Assembly: GCA_937958875.1 (NCBI GenBank)
Contig: CALGMJ010000016.1
Coordinates: 306 to 64,305, forward strand
Direction of reading: 5' to 3'
From: an uncultured Verrucomicrobiales bacterium
GTDB taxonomy: Bacteria; Verrucomicrobiota; Verrucomicrobiia; Verrucomicrobiales; Akkermansiaceae
Length of the DNA: 64,000 nt
In this document: piece by piece, positions 24,389 to 32,912 of the stretch
Position numbering within the stretch: the stretch's first letter is position 1
Layout of the letters: every line of letters begins with the position of its first letter
Notes under the pieces: generated by a model
Told to the model about the DNA's origin: nothing
The model's database searches: none
What the model saw: the letters and a program-made list of their open reading frames with translations, nothing else
Made by a program: the position numbers and the translations under genes

Positions 24389-26718
24389 TCCGCATCTACC
24401 TTGATTGGCAAGGCTAGGCTGGGGAAATCCTTAAGTCCGAAGCTAAAAACGATACCGTATTCGTCTTTTCGTCGATTATCACGTTGGAAAAAACCTATCG
24501 ATCCAACCCAGGAATCAAAGTCGTAGTGTAGATCATACTGCTGAAGCTCGAGGGTTGAATCTTCGAATTCCCAGCGGTTATACGCGCCTACGCCCCAGTG
24601 TTCGTTGATGCGGTAGAAGGCTCCGAGTTCGACGCGGTTTGAATCTCTTAGAATGGGGTGATTTTTTAGGAAGCGATAAGTGACGTCTATTTCCCAGTTT
24701 TCGTTGGGCATGAAAGTAGAGGTCGTAGCGACTTCGGTGAAATTCGAATCACTGAAGAGAGGAAATTGAGTTTCTAGGCTGAGTTTTAACCAAGGCAGAG
24801 GGTGCCAGTTGAGGTCATTGTAGAGATTTGAAACCTTACGGCTAAACTCTGGGTCATTGAAAAAGGCGTCAAAGTAGGTGTCTACCGTGAGCCAGTCATG
24901 TGTGGCTCCATCTCGTCTGGTAACCAGCCGATTTCGGACTCCAAGGCGGAGGATAGACCAGTCATTAAAATCATCGATGGCGGTAAAGCGTCCTACACTG
25001 AGAGGGCGAGGACGGGTTGAGGGCGTGAGCCGATCAATGGGTGAGAAGGATGGGTCGACATCATTGGTCGAGAGCCAAGAGAGATTTGCGTATGGCTGCA
25101 CAATGTGAAGTGCACCATTGAGTCCCCATTTTTGATTAATGAGATCATCGTAATTCCGCGTGAATTTTACTGAGGTGTCGATGCCCGCAAAAAGGTGGGC
25201 TCTGCTGAATGAATCCGCAGGTCCTTCGACGGAGCCGTAGCGAGTGTAACCAGCTCCAAGTCTCGGCGTGAGCTGGATCGCCCCCCAGTTTGTGGGGCGG
25301 GAAAATTCATGATAAGTATGAAAGCGTGAAAACCCTCGATCATTTAAGAGAGATTCGATTTCTGCTCGTCGAGGATCTCCCGCTGGGAGGGCGTTCGCTT
25401 CAGATCTTAGGCTATCTCTGCGAAAGCGACCTAAGGATTCATCGTACAATCCCGCTGAGGTTTGGCTTTCATAGAGAAATTTTGAGTTAAGGAAGGGCTG
25501 GCGCACCCAGTCAAAGGTCAGCTCGGGAAGCCGTGTGTCACTATCATAGAAGTCATTCAGACGCACTCGACCTCCGAGGGTGGCGAGGCTGTTTGCGGTT
25601 CGGCGGCGAAAGGCGAAGGTGTTGTCTGGGGCTGGGTCCGTTCGGAAGAGTTTTTGTTCAAAATCCTCCAAGAAAAATCGGTCACTCAGTAGAGTCAAAT
25701 TTCCTTCAATATCATACTTTGCGGGACCAGATTCCCATAGGTCGACTCGCTGAGCTAAATCGATACGGTAGCGGTTATTATCCTCATTATTTCTGGGGAT
25801 TCCTGATCGCTCGATTGAGGGATCAAAGTCATAGATGTGGTAGAGTTTCAGCCAGCCATAGTCATTTTTCGAGTCCACTCTGGTATCGAGAAAGTCAACG
25901 CCAAGGCCCACACCTCGTCGTGAATAAAGATCCGCCCGCCATTGAGCGAGGAGCCACGCGCTATCATTTTCTCCGGTGACTGGATCTCTCTCTCCGCCAA
26001 GCATGACACCATAGCGGTTCTTCAAAAAGAGACCGAGATTTGATCGTCCTCCAGGGACGAAGTGGTAGCCCAGATTTTGATCCAGTGGCTGAGAAAGGTA
26101 AGGGAGCCAGAAAATAGGAGTGGTCCCGAGATAGAATTTTAGGTCTTCGAAAATGACCCGATCATCCGGAATGATGGTGGTGCGATCGGCGCGAAGCCAG
26201 AAGTTTGGCTTTGCGACATCATGAGTAGTCACGCCCGCATTCTCGCCAATAAAGATTGATTTGCCATTCCGGGTTTCACTGCGAAATTTTCCAGATTCTA
26301 ACAGAATCGGGTCCATACTAGACTTCAGCCCCTTTGTGTTGAAGCGCTTCTCATTATAATAGTAGACCGTGCTCTCTCCTCGAGTGAGGAGGCCATTTTG
26401 GTAAATTTTAACATTTCCCGTAAGGGTGATGGTTTCGGCGCGTTGGTCTAGCACGGCGCGATCGGCGAAGACTTCCAAGCCATTATCGCCATTAAGCTTT
26501 ACCGGTTCTGGAAAAATGAATTTTGAGGAATCCCCATTGATATCCGCTTCGAGTTTAGTGAACTCGATATCGACATTTTGAGGCAGAGTTGCGATGGGGC
26601 TCGGGTCTTCAAAAATAGAACTAGGTTCAGAAGGTAGCTCGTCTGGGAGAGGGGGGAGAAGATCTTGGCCCCAAGCTGGAGCCGTTATGATGAGAAGAAA
26701 GATGGAGAAGCGCCTCAT
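24385..26718 (-). CDS. lptD: LPS-assembly outer membrane protein LptD (OstA family)
   Basis: Signal peptide, an OstA-N-like segment (TLTGNVKIYQNG...) and a long beta-barrel-like, aromatic-rich C-terminal region. Start at the internal Met (MRRFSIFLL). Confidence 0.7.
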   Translation of the reverse strand: MRRFSIFLLIITAPAWGQDLLPPLPDELPSEPSSIFEDPSPIATLPQNVDIEFTKLEADINGDSSKFIFPEPVKLNGDNGLEVFADRAVLDQRAETITLTGNVKIYQNGLLTRGESTVYYYNEKRFNTKGLKSSMDPILLESGKFRSETRNGKSIFIGENAGVTTHDVAKPNFWLRADRTTIIPDDRVIFEDLKFYLGTTPIFWLPYLSQPLDQNLGYHFVPGGRSNLGLFLKNRYGVMLGGERDPVTGENDSAWLLAQWRADLYSRRGVGLGVDFLDTRVDSKNDYGWLKLYHIYDFDPSIERSGIPRNNEDNNRYRIDLAQRVDLWESGPAKYDIEGNLTLLSDRFFLEDFEQKLFRTDPAPDNTFAFRRRTANSLATLGGRVRLNDFYDSDTRLPELTFDWVRQPFLNSKFLYESQTSAGLYDESLGRFRRDSLRSEANALPAGDPRRAEIESLLNDRGFSRFHTYHEFSRPTNWGAIQLTPRLGAGYTRYGSVEGPADSFSRAHLFAGIDTSVKFTRNYDDLINQKWGLNGALHIVQPYANLSWLSTNDVDPSFSPIDRLTPSTRPRPLSVGRFTAIDDFNDWSILRLGVRNRLVTRRDGATHDWLTVDTYFDAFFNDPEFSRKVSNLYNDLNWHPLPWLKLSLETQFPLFSDSNFTEVATTSTFMPNENWEIDVTYRFLKNHPILRDSNRVELGAFYRINEHWGVGAYNRWEFEDSTLELQQYDLHYDFDSWVGSIGFFQRDNRRKDEYGIVFSFGLKDFPSLALPIKVDAE

Positions 26719-26789
26719 GAAACCGATGTCGGACGCTATGTCGTGAACGTCCGGTGGCAAAGTCTCAAATCCGTATTAGGCTGGCACAT

Positions 26790-27650
26790 ATGAAGAAAAA
26801 GGTAGGGATCATCGGTGCGTCTGGTTGGATTGGGCAGGGGTTGATGACTGTTTTAAAAAAGGAAGAATATGAAGTGGTCCCTTTTTCTCGTTCTGAAAAA
26901 TCAGGTTGGAGGCAGTGGGGAGGGGAAGCCGTGCCTGATCTTAGCGGTCTTGATGCCGTAGTTAATCTGGCAGGTGAGGCCATCGACCAGCGTTGGACGG
27001 AGGAACGAAAAAAACACTTTTATGATAGTCGGGTGAAATTGACAGAGCATCTCGCTCAAGGCGTGACTGAATATCAGGTGAAGACGCTCTTGAATGCTTC
27101 CGCAGTGGGGTTTTATGGAGATCGAGGAGATGAAAAGTTGACGGAAGAGTCAGATCCTGGTTCGGGCTATCTCGCGGAACTCTGTCAAAAATGGGAGGGC
27201 GCTGTAGGTGAAATTAAAGCTCGCACGGTTTTACTAAGAACGGGAATTGTTCTAGGGAAAGGAGGTCGCGCCTGGGAGAAGATGTCCTCGATTTTTCGTC
27301 TCGGCATCGGCGGTCGCCTCGGTAGTGGCCAGCAATGGATGCCGTGGATTCATCTCGAAGACGAGATCAATGCGATCATTCACTGTCTCGAATCTGATTT
27401 AAAAGGCCCGGTGAACCTTGTCGCACCAGAAAGCGAAAGAAATGTGCATTTCACAAAGAAAGTCTCACAGGCTCTTCATCGACCAGCCTTTCTACCCGCA
27501 CCGGCCTTTGCTCTCAAGATTGCCCTAGGCGAGTTTGCTGAAGAAGGGTTACTTTCAAGTCAGCGAGCCATTCCCGAGGTATTGCTTCAGGATGGATTCG
27601 AGTTTACATATCCTTCACTCGGCGAAGCTCTCGTAGAACTCAGTGCTTAG
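26790..27650 (+). CDS. TIGR01777/YfcH-type epimerase family protein (SDR39U1-like)
   Basis: GIIGASGWIGQGL Rossmann motif and a DUF1731-like C-terminus. Confidence 0.8.
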   Translation: MKKKVGIIGASGWIGQGLMTVLKKEEYEVVPFSRSEKSGWRQWGGEAVPDLSGLDAVVNLAGEAIDQRWTEERKKHFYDSRVKLTEHLAQGVTEYQVKTLLNASAVGFYGDRGDEKLTEESDPGSGYLAELCQKWEGAVGEIKARTVLLRTGIVLGKGGRAWEKMSSIFRLGIGGRLGSGQQWMPWIHLEDEINAIIHCLESDLKGPVNLVAPESERNVHFTKKVSQALHRPAFLPAPAFALKIALGEFAEEGLLSSQRAIPEVLLQDGFEFTYPSLGEALVELSA

Positions 27651-27775
27651 CCATATTTTGAAATGCTGATTTCAAGGAAAAGTATTGATTTTAAGGTGAT
27701 CTCTGCTTATCTCCGCGTCGCTGAAGGACGGTTCTGGCATAATGAAGTGCTGGTCCGATCCCGATTAACAGAAAA

Positions 27776-28033
27776 ATGAACGATTACGGAATCAACCTCG
27801 ACGACTTCAAAATCAACGAGAAAGACACCGGAAGTGCTGACTATCAGGTCGCACTTCTTACCCAGCGCATCAAGCACCTTACTGAGCACATGGGATCCCA
27901 TAAGAAAGACTTCGCTTCACGTCGCGGTCTTCTCACCATGGTAGCCCGCCGTCGTAAGCTTCTTGATTACCTCCGCGGGAAATCAGAAGAGCGTTACCAG
28001 AAGACCATTAAGGCTCTGGGACTGCGTAAATAA
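27776..28033 (+). CDS. rpsO: 30S ribosomal protein S15
   Basis: [43 protein letters not shown] matches S15. Confidence 0.95.
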   Translation: MNDYGINLDDFKINEKDTGSADYQVALLTQRIKHLTEHMGSHKKDFASRRGLLTMVARRRKLLDYLRGKSEERYQKTIKALGLRK

Positions 28034-28047
28034 CTACTCTCTGTTAA

Positions 28048-28079
28048 ACAGCCACGGTGATTTCATCGTGGCTGTTTTG
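28048..28079 (+). terminator. rpsO terminator / pnp leader hairpin
   Basis: 9-bp stem ACAGCCACG/CGTGGCTGT followed by TTT, located between rpsO and pnp as in other bacteria. Confidence 0.7.
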
Positions 28080-28216
28080 CAATGAAGGCCATCATTTTTT
28101 CTGAACGAAGGCCTTCGCTCGATGAAGAATCCCACCCAATTTAAGACCGGGACATACTCATCGTTAAACCAACTAATCGTCCGGGAGGGTCCCGCTGCGA
28201 TACATCAAATAAGAAA

Positions 28217-30403
28217 ATGAATATACAAAAAGTTACGTGCAATGTTGGCACGAACCCGCTGGTCATTGAGACCGGTAAATTGGCCAAGTTGGCCGACGGG
28301 GCAGTTACCGTCCAGTGCGGAGAAACCGTAATCATGGTTTCAGCTGTGTCCCAAACGAAGATTCGCGAAGGTCAGACCTGGTTCCCGCTTTCAGTCGAAT
28401 ATAAAGAACGCGCTTCTGCTGCTGGAACTTTCCCCGGCGGTTACTTCAAGCGTGAAGGTCGTCCGACCGAAAAAGAGATTCTGACCTGTCGCATGACAGA
28501 TCGTCCTCTCCGTCCTCTTTTCCCAAAAGGTTACCTTTATGACACCCAGATCATCGCTCTTCTCTTGAGTGCAGATCAGGAGAATGATGCTGATATTTTA
28601 GCGATGAATGGAGCCTCTGCTGCTCTTGCCATTTCTGATATTCCTTTTGCTGGTCCTATCGGTGCGGTACGTGTCGGCCGGATCGACGGTGAATTCGTCA
28701 TTAACCCGACTTTCGAGCAGCGTGAAGACTCAGATCTCGACCTCGTGTATGTGGGGAACAAGACCGATGTCATCATGATCGAAGGTGCTGGTGATGAAGT
28801 TCCAGATGCTGAGTTCAAAAAGTCTCTCCACGTCGCACAGGCTGCCGTGGCTCAGATCGTTGAAGCTCAGGAAGAGCTCGTTCGTGTCGCTGGTAAGCCG
28901 AAGCGTGAATACACCGTGACTGTTGCTAAAGAAGATCTTCTTGAGATCGGATACGCTGTTGCAGGTGACCGCATTGAGGACGCCATCTATGCTGCTTCTA
29001 AAGTGGAGCGTGGTAAGAAAGTCGGCGCACTTCGTGATGAAGTGGAAGCGGCAATTAAGGAAAAATTCCCTGAGACCACTGAGTTCGAGATCGAGCAGGT
29101 CTTCGAATACATTCAGAAGAAAGCCTTCCGCGTCAGCATCCTTGAAAAAGGTGTGCGTGCAGACGGCCGCGCTCTGCGTGACCTTCGCCCACTTTACGGT
29201 GAAGTCGGCACTCTTCCTCGTGTGCACGGTTCTGCCATCTTCTCTCGTGGTGAGACTCAGGCTCTTGGAATCTGCACCCTCGCTCCTGCTGAAGACCGCA
29301 TGTATTATGATAACTATGCGGGTGGCGAAGATAGTAAGAATTTCTTCCTCCACTACAACTTCCCACCATTCTCCGTGGGTGAGACTGGCCGCTTTGGTGG
29401 CATGAATCGTCGTGAGATTGGTCACGGAGCTCTCGCTGAGCGCTCCATCGCTCCAGTCCTTCCTGACGAGGCAGACTTCCCATACGCAATGCGTGTTTCC
29501 TCAGAGGTTATGGAGTCGAATGGATCTACCTCGATGGCGACTGTTTGTGCTGGCACCATGGCTCTTCTTGATGCCGGGGTTCCTCTCAAGCGTCCTGTTG
29601 CTGGGATCTCTGCTGGTCTCGTTACGGAAGAAGATGCCGATGGAAATCGGACGAAGCACGTTGTGATTCTCGACATCATCGGATCTGAAGATTTCTACGG
29701 AGACATGGACTTTAAACTCTGTGGCACCAGTGAGGGTGTGACTGGATACCAGCTTGATCTTAAGCTTCCTGGTATTCCTCTTTCTATCCTCGAGGAAGGC
29801 ATTGACCTTGCTATCGAAGGCCGGGCTAAGGTTCTTGATAAGATGGCTGAGTCCATCACCGCACCGGGCACTCTTTCTGAGCACGCTCCGCGTATCGAGA
29901 CCGTGAATATTCCTAAAGATCGTATTGGTGAACTCATTGGGCCTGGTGGTAAGAACATCAAGGCTATCCAGGCCGAGTCTGGTGCTGACTTAAACATCGA
30001 TGATGACGGCACCGTTCATATTTATGCTTCTAAGGCTGAAGGCCTTCAGGCAGCTAAGAATATGATCGACCAGATGTTTGCTGAGGTTGAGGTCAATAAG
30101 ACCTACACCGGTAAAGTGATGAACGTGACCACCTTCGGAGCCTTCATGGAAGTGCTTCCAGGGAAAGATGGCCTCGTTCACATCTCTGAACTCGCAGAAG
30201 GTCGTGTCAACAGCGTTGAGGACATCTGTAAGAAAGGGGACACTATCACCGCGAAGTGTATCGGTATCGATGACAAAGGTCGTATCAAGATGAGCCGCCG
30301 TGTTGCTCTTCGTGAAGCTGCCAGCAATGATGATGCTCCAGCCGCTAAGGTAGATGACGATGCAGTTCCTCCTAGTGAGGAAGAAGTCGTGACCTTCGGT
30401 TAA
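28217..30403 (+). CDS. pnp: polyribonucleotide nucleotidyltransferase (PNPase)
   Basis: Two RNase PH domains, then KH (GPGGKNIK) and S1 domains. Full-length similarity to PNPase. Confidence 0.97.
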   Translation: MNIQKVTCNVGTNPLVIETGKLAKLADGAVTVQCGETVIMVSAVSQTKIREGQTWFPLSVEYKERASAAGTFPGGYFKREGRPTEKEILTCRMTDRPLRPLFPKGYLYDTQIIALLLSADQENDADILAMNGASAALAISDIPFAGPIGAVRVGRIDGEFVINPTFEQREDSDLDLVYVGNKTDVIMIEGAGDEVPDAEFKKSLHVAQAAVAQIVEAQEELVRVAGKPKREYTVTVAKEDLLEIGYAVAGDRIEDAIYAASKVERGKKVGALRDEVEAAIKEKFPETTEFEIEQVFEYIQKKAFRVSILEKGVRADGRALRDLRPLYGEVGTLPRVHGSAIFSRGETQALGICTLAPAEDRMYYDNYAGGEDSKNFFLHYNFPPFSVGETGRFGGMNRREIGHGALAERSIAPVLPDEADFPYAMRVSSEVMESNGSTSMATVCAGTMALLDAGVPLKRPVAGISAGLVTEEDADGNRTKHVVILDIIGSEDFYGDMDFKLCGTSEGVTGYQLDLKLPGIPLSILEEGIDLAIEGRAKVLDKMAESITAPGTLSEHAPRIETVNIPKDRIGELIGPGGKNIKAIQAESGADLNIDDDGTVHIYASKAEGLQAAKNMIDQMFAEVEVNKTYTGKVMNVTTFGAFMEVLPGKDGLVHISELAEGRVNSVEDICKKGDTITAKCIGIDDKGRIKMSRRVALREAASNDDAPAAKVDDDAVPPSEEEVVTFG

Positions 30404-30425
30404 TCTGACTCTCAGATCATTCTTC

Positions 30426-30460
30426 AAAAAGCGTCTCCGGGAAACTGGAGGCGCTTTTTT
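30426..30460 (+). terminator. rho-independent terminator of pnp
   Basis: AAAAAGCGTCTCC...GGAGGCGCTTTTTT hairpin plus a T-run. Confidence 0.85.
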
Positions 30461-30473
30461 AATAAAAGATTTT

Positions 30474-30511
30474 ATCAAAAAAAATCCCCAGTGCAGGAAT
30501 GTTCCTGACTG
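30474..30511 (-). terminator. putative terminator of the NHL-repeat gene
   Basis: Imperfect hairpin CAGTGCAGG/CCTGACTG, followed on the minus strand by GGGGATTTTTTTT. Confidence 0.6.
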
Positions 30512-30538
30512 AGGATGATTTTTAGAAATCTGGAGTGC

Positions 30539-31585
30539 TTATTTTTTCTCAGCCTGCTTGAACTCGGCGACTCGATTTAGCTTCGTGACACGCCCGGTGA
30601 CATTCCAGTCCTGGACAATCAGATTTCCCTTGAGGTCCCAGGAAAGCCCATGTGGAGAAGTGAAGAGACCATCGTAGAGTTGATTCTCAGGAATAGGCTT
30701 ACGAGCCCACAGTTTCTCATTTGGTTGATCTCCAAGGAAGGAGATTGGATTTCCATTTTTATTTAAAATAGTCACCCGACCCTGAAGTTCGGCCACGGCA
30801 CATTCTTCTCCATGGATAGATACTGCGCACGGGCGGCGCAGATCTTTTGCGTGCACGCCTGTGAAGTTGAGATCCAGATCATAGTGGACTAAGCGACGAT
30901 TTTCACGATCACAGATCAGGAGGCGAGGGGAGTCTGCTTTTCTGCTGTCGAGAGCGATTCCGTGGCAGGTGACGAACTGATCTTTCTTCTTTCCGCGCCC
31001 GCCAACAGTTTTTAGGAGTTTCCCTTCGGCATCGAATTTGTGGAGTTTATTAGAGCCGTAGCCACATACTACAAAGATGTTTCCATTTGGTCCTACCGTT
31101 GCTCCCGTTACTCCTTTAAATCCTCCCGGAATTTCTCCGGTCTTGTCATTCGGGATCGTAAGGAGAGTTTCACCAGTGAGGCTTAGTTTTAAAACTTTTT
31201 GAACTGACACCGCCGCTCCGATGAGGACTTCTTTATCGCCCTCCTTGGCCACTGCTAGAGAGTGAAGTTTTTTCGTTTCAGGACCAAAGCTGGCGAGAAA
31301 TTTACCGTCTTCAGAAAACTGGACTATTCCGTGATTGGCTTCGGTGCTGACGTAGACTTTACCGGTCGAATCAACGGCGACTCCGCCATGAGTGGGGCCT
31401 ACGTTTACATTTTCAGGCATTGCGCCCCAGCCGGGGACGGTAGCGAAGGTGAACTTTCCGTTTCCAGTATGTTGAACACTGGTAACGACTTTACCAGCTG
31501 GTGGCAGGTGCCCTTCGTGGGCTTGAGCTAACAAGGGGAGGAAGAGGCTAGCTACGATGAGCGAGGGTTTAGATGTTAAATGCAC
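30539..31585 (-). CDS. secreted NHL-repeat / six-bladed beta-propeller protein
   Basis: Signal peptide and repeated ~45-aa units with the G..FV.D..N.R... pattern typical of NHL repeats. Confidence 0.7.
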   Translation of the reverse strand: MHLTSKPSLIVASLFLPLLAQAHEGHLPPAGKVVTSVQHTGNGKFTFATVPGWGAMPENVNVGPTHGGVAVDSTGKVYVSTEANHGIVQFSEDGKFLASFGPETKKLHSLAVAKEGDKEVLIGAAVSVQKVLKLSLTGETLLTIPNDKTGEIPGGFKGVTGATVGPNGNIFVVCGYGSNKLHKFDAEGKLLKTVGGRGKKKDQFVTCHGIALDSRKADSPRLLICDRENRRLVHYDLDLNFTGVHAKDLRRPCAVSIHGEECAVAELQGRVTILNKNGNPISFLGDQPNEKLWARKPIPENQLYDGLFTSPHGLSWDLKGNLIVQDWNVTGRVTKLNRVAEFKQAEKK

Positions 31586-31718
31586 AAGGCGAAATCCAGC
31601 TGAAAGCAGAGTGTTTGCAAAGCTAAATCCCTCTTTTTGAGCCAGATATCAGATGAATTTCTGAAGAAGAGTGAGCCCATGGGGGGAGGAATTCACCCCA
31701 TGAGCATTTAAAGAAGGT

Positions 31719-32483
31719 TTATCGACGGCGGCGACCGACCATTAGGAGTGAGCCGAGAAGGGCAAAGGCCAATGAAGATGGTTCAGGCACTTGAGTAACA
31801 GTCACTGTTTCAATATTGGTCAGGCTCCAATCTGCTGAATCAAGACCGACTGGGCTATCCACGATAATCTGATCGATATCCGAAAAATCCGTAAGGCCGA
31901 AGTCTGAGAAAGGGAAATTGAAGGTAATGGGAGGTGACCCAAAGGTCCCTCCGATGCCTCCGCCTACCGTGACTGTGCTTGATCCCACAGCCAAAGCTCC
32001 TGTCCGGTCAGAGATGAGGGTGATTCTCAGTGGACCTGCAACATCCGCAGAATCGATTGTGATGTTAAAGTCGCTTTCATTACTGAGGTCTAAGTTCAGG
32101 TCACTGTAGGAGGCGGGGGTTCCGACCGTATTTATCCAGTCATTGACCCCACTACTGTCATTTCCGGGTAGGGCAAAACCAGAGAATCCGTATAGGAGAG
32201 CGAAATTGGAGGTCGTATCTGCCGACACGCTCCAAGTGAAGTTGCCTGCTCCGATATCGGTTTGATTACTCGCGCTTGTATTCGCTGCCTCAAAGCTGGT
32301 GTTCGCACGGACCAATCGCTGGCCGCCTACCGTATTTGAGCTTGCTGGCGATTGACTTAGAGTTTGGGACCCGAGACCGCTCAGGGTGTTAGTGAAATCT
32401 CCATCTTCGAAGTTATCGATCAAGATTGCGCTATGACCTGAGCTTACGATTAGAGGGATAAGGGGTATTAGTTTGATGTTCAT
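31719..32483 (-). CDS. PEP-CTERM sorting domain-containing secreted protein
   Basis: The C-terminus VPEPSSLAFALLGSLLMVGRRRR is the canonical PEP motif plus TM helix plus Arg cluster. An N-terminal signal peptide is present. Confidence 0.85.
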   Translation of the reverse strand: MNIKLIPLIPLIVSSGHSAILIDNFEDGDFTNTLSGLGSQTLSQSPASSNTVGGQRLVRANTSFEAANTSASNQTDIGAGNFTWSVSADTTSNFALLYGFSGFALPGNDSSGVNDWINTVGTPASYSDLNLDLSNESDFNITIDSADVAGPLRITLISDRTGALAVGSSTVTVGGGIGGTFGSPPITFNFPFSDFGLTDFSDIDQIIVDSPVGLDSADWSLTNIETVTVTQVPEPSSLAFALLGSLLMVGRRRR

Positions 32484-32912
32484 TGTTTGAGTTTGAACTT
32501 GTTTTACTAGTCTTTGAATTGAGAGGGATGTTCAGTTTTCCTTCTAAGGGATTACTTATTAGTCCTCCTCGCTGATTCTCTACCCTGAAAAAAATCGTAG
32601 GTTGCTAGTGGTTTGCGAAAATAGTGAGTTTCTTGTTCTTGGGAAAAATTTGGGTTATTGTTAATTTTTATAAAATATATGATGTTTTTTTCATTGTTAT
32701 TTTTGATATCTGAGAATGATGGTTGAAGTGGTGGCTGGATGATTTATTTGTATTGTTTGAAAGGAGATCAGTTTTCTTCATGTGTGCTTCTTAATGGAGA
32801 AGTTTTCCTATTCCATGAGGTGAGGGTCGCTGAGATGACTTCAGTTCGGCTTTAAATGAAGAATCATGAGAGTTGCAAATTCCGCGCGCTGATGCTTTAT
32901 CTCGCGTCTCAT

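Noticed and set aside
27658-27675. An AT-rich 7-4-7 inverted repeat TTGAAAT-GCTG-ATTTCAA after the YfcH-like gene
   Set aside because: The stem is short and weak and has no T-run. It is too weak to call as a terminator or an operator.
28730-29425. A 231-aa antisense ORF, plus several shorter ones, inside pnp
   Set aside because: The PNPase frame is continuous and conserved. The antisense translation has no recognisable features.
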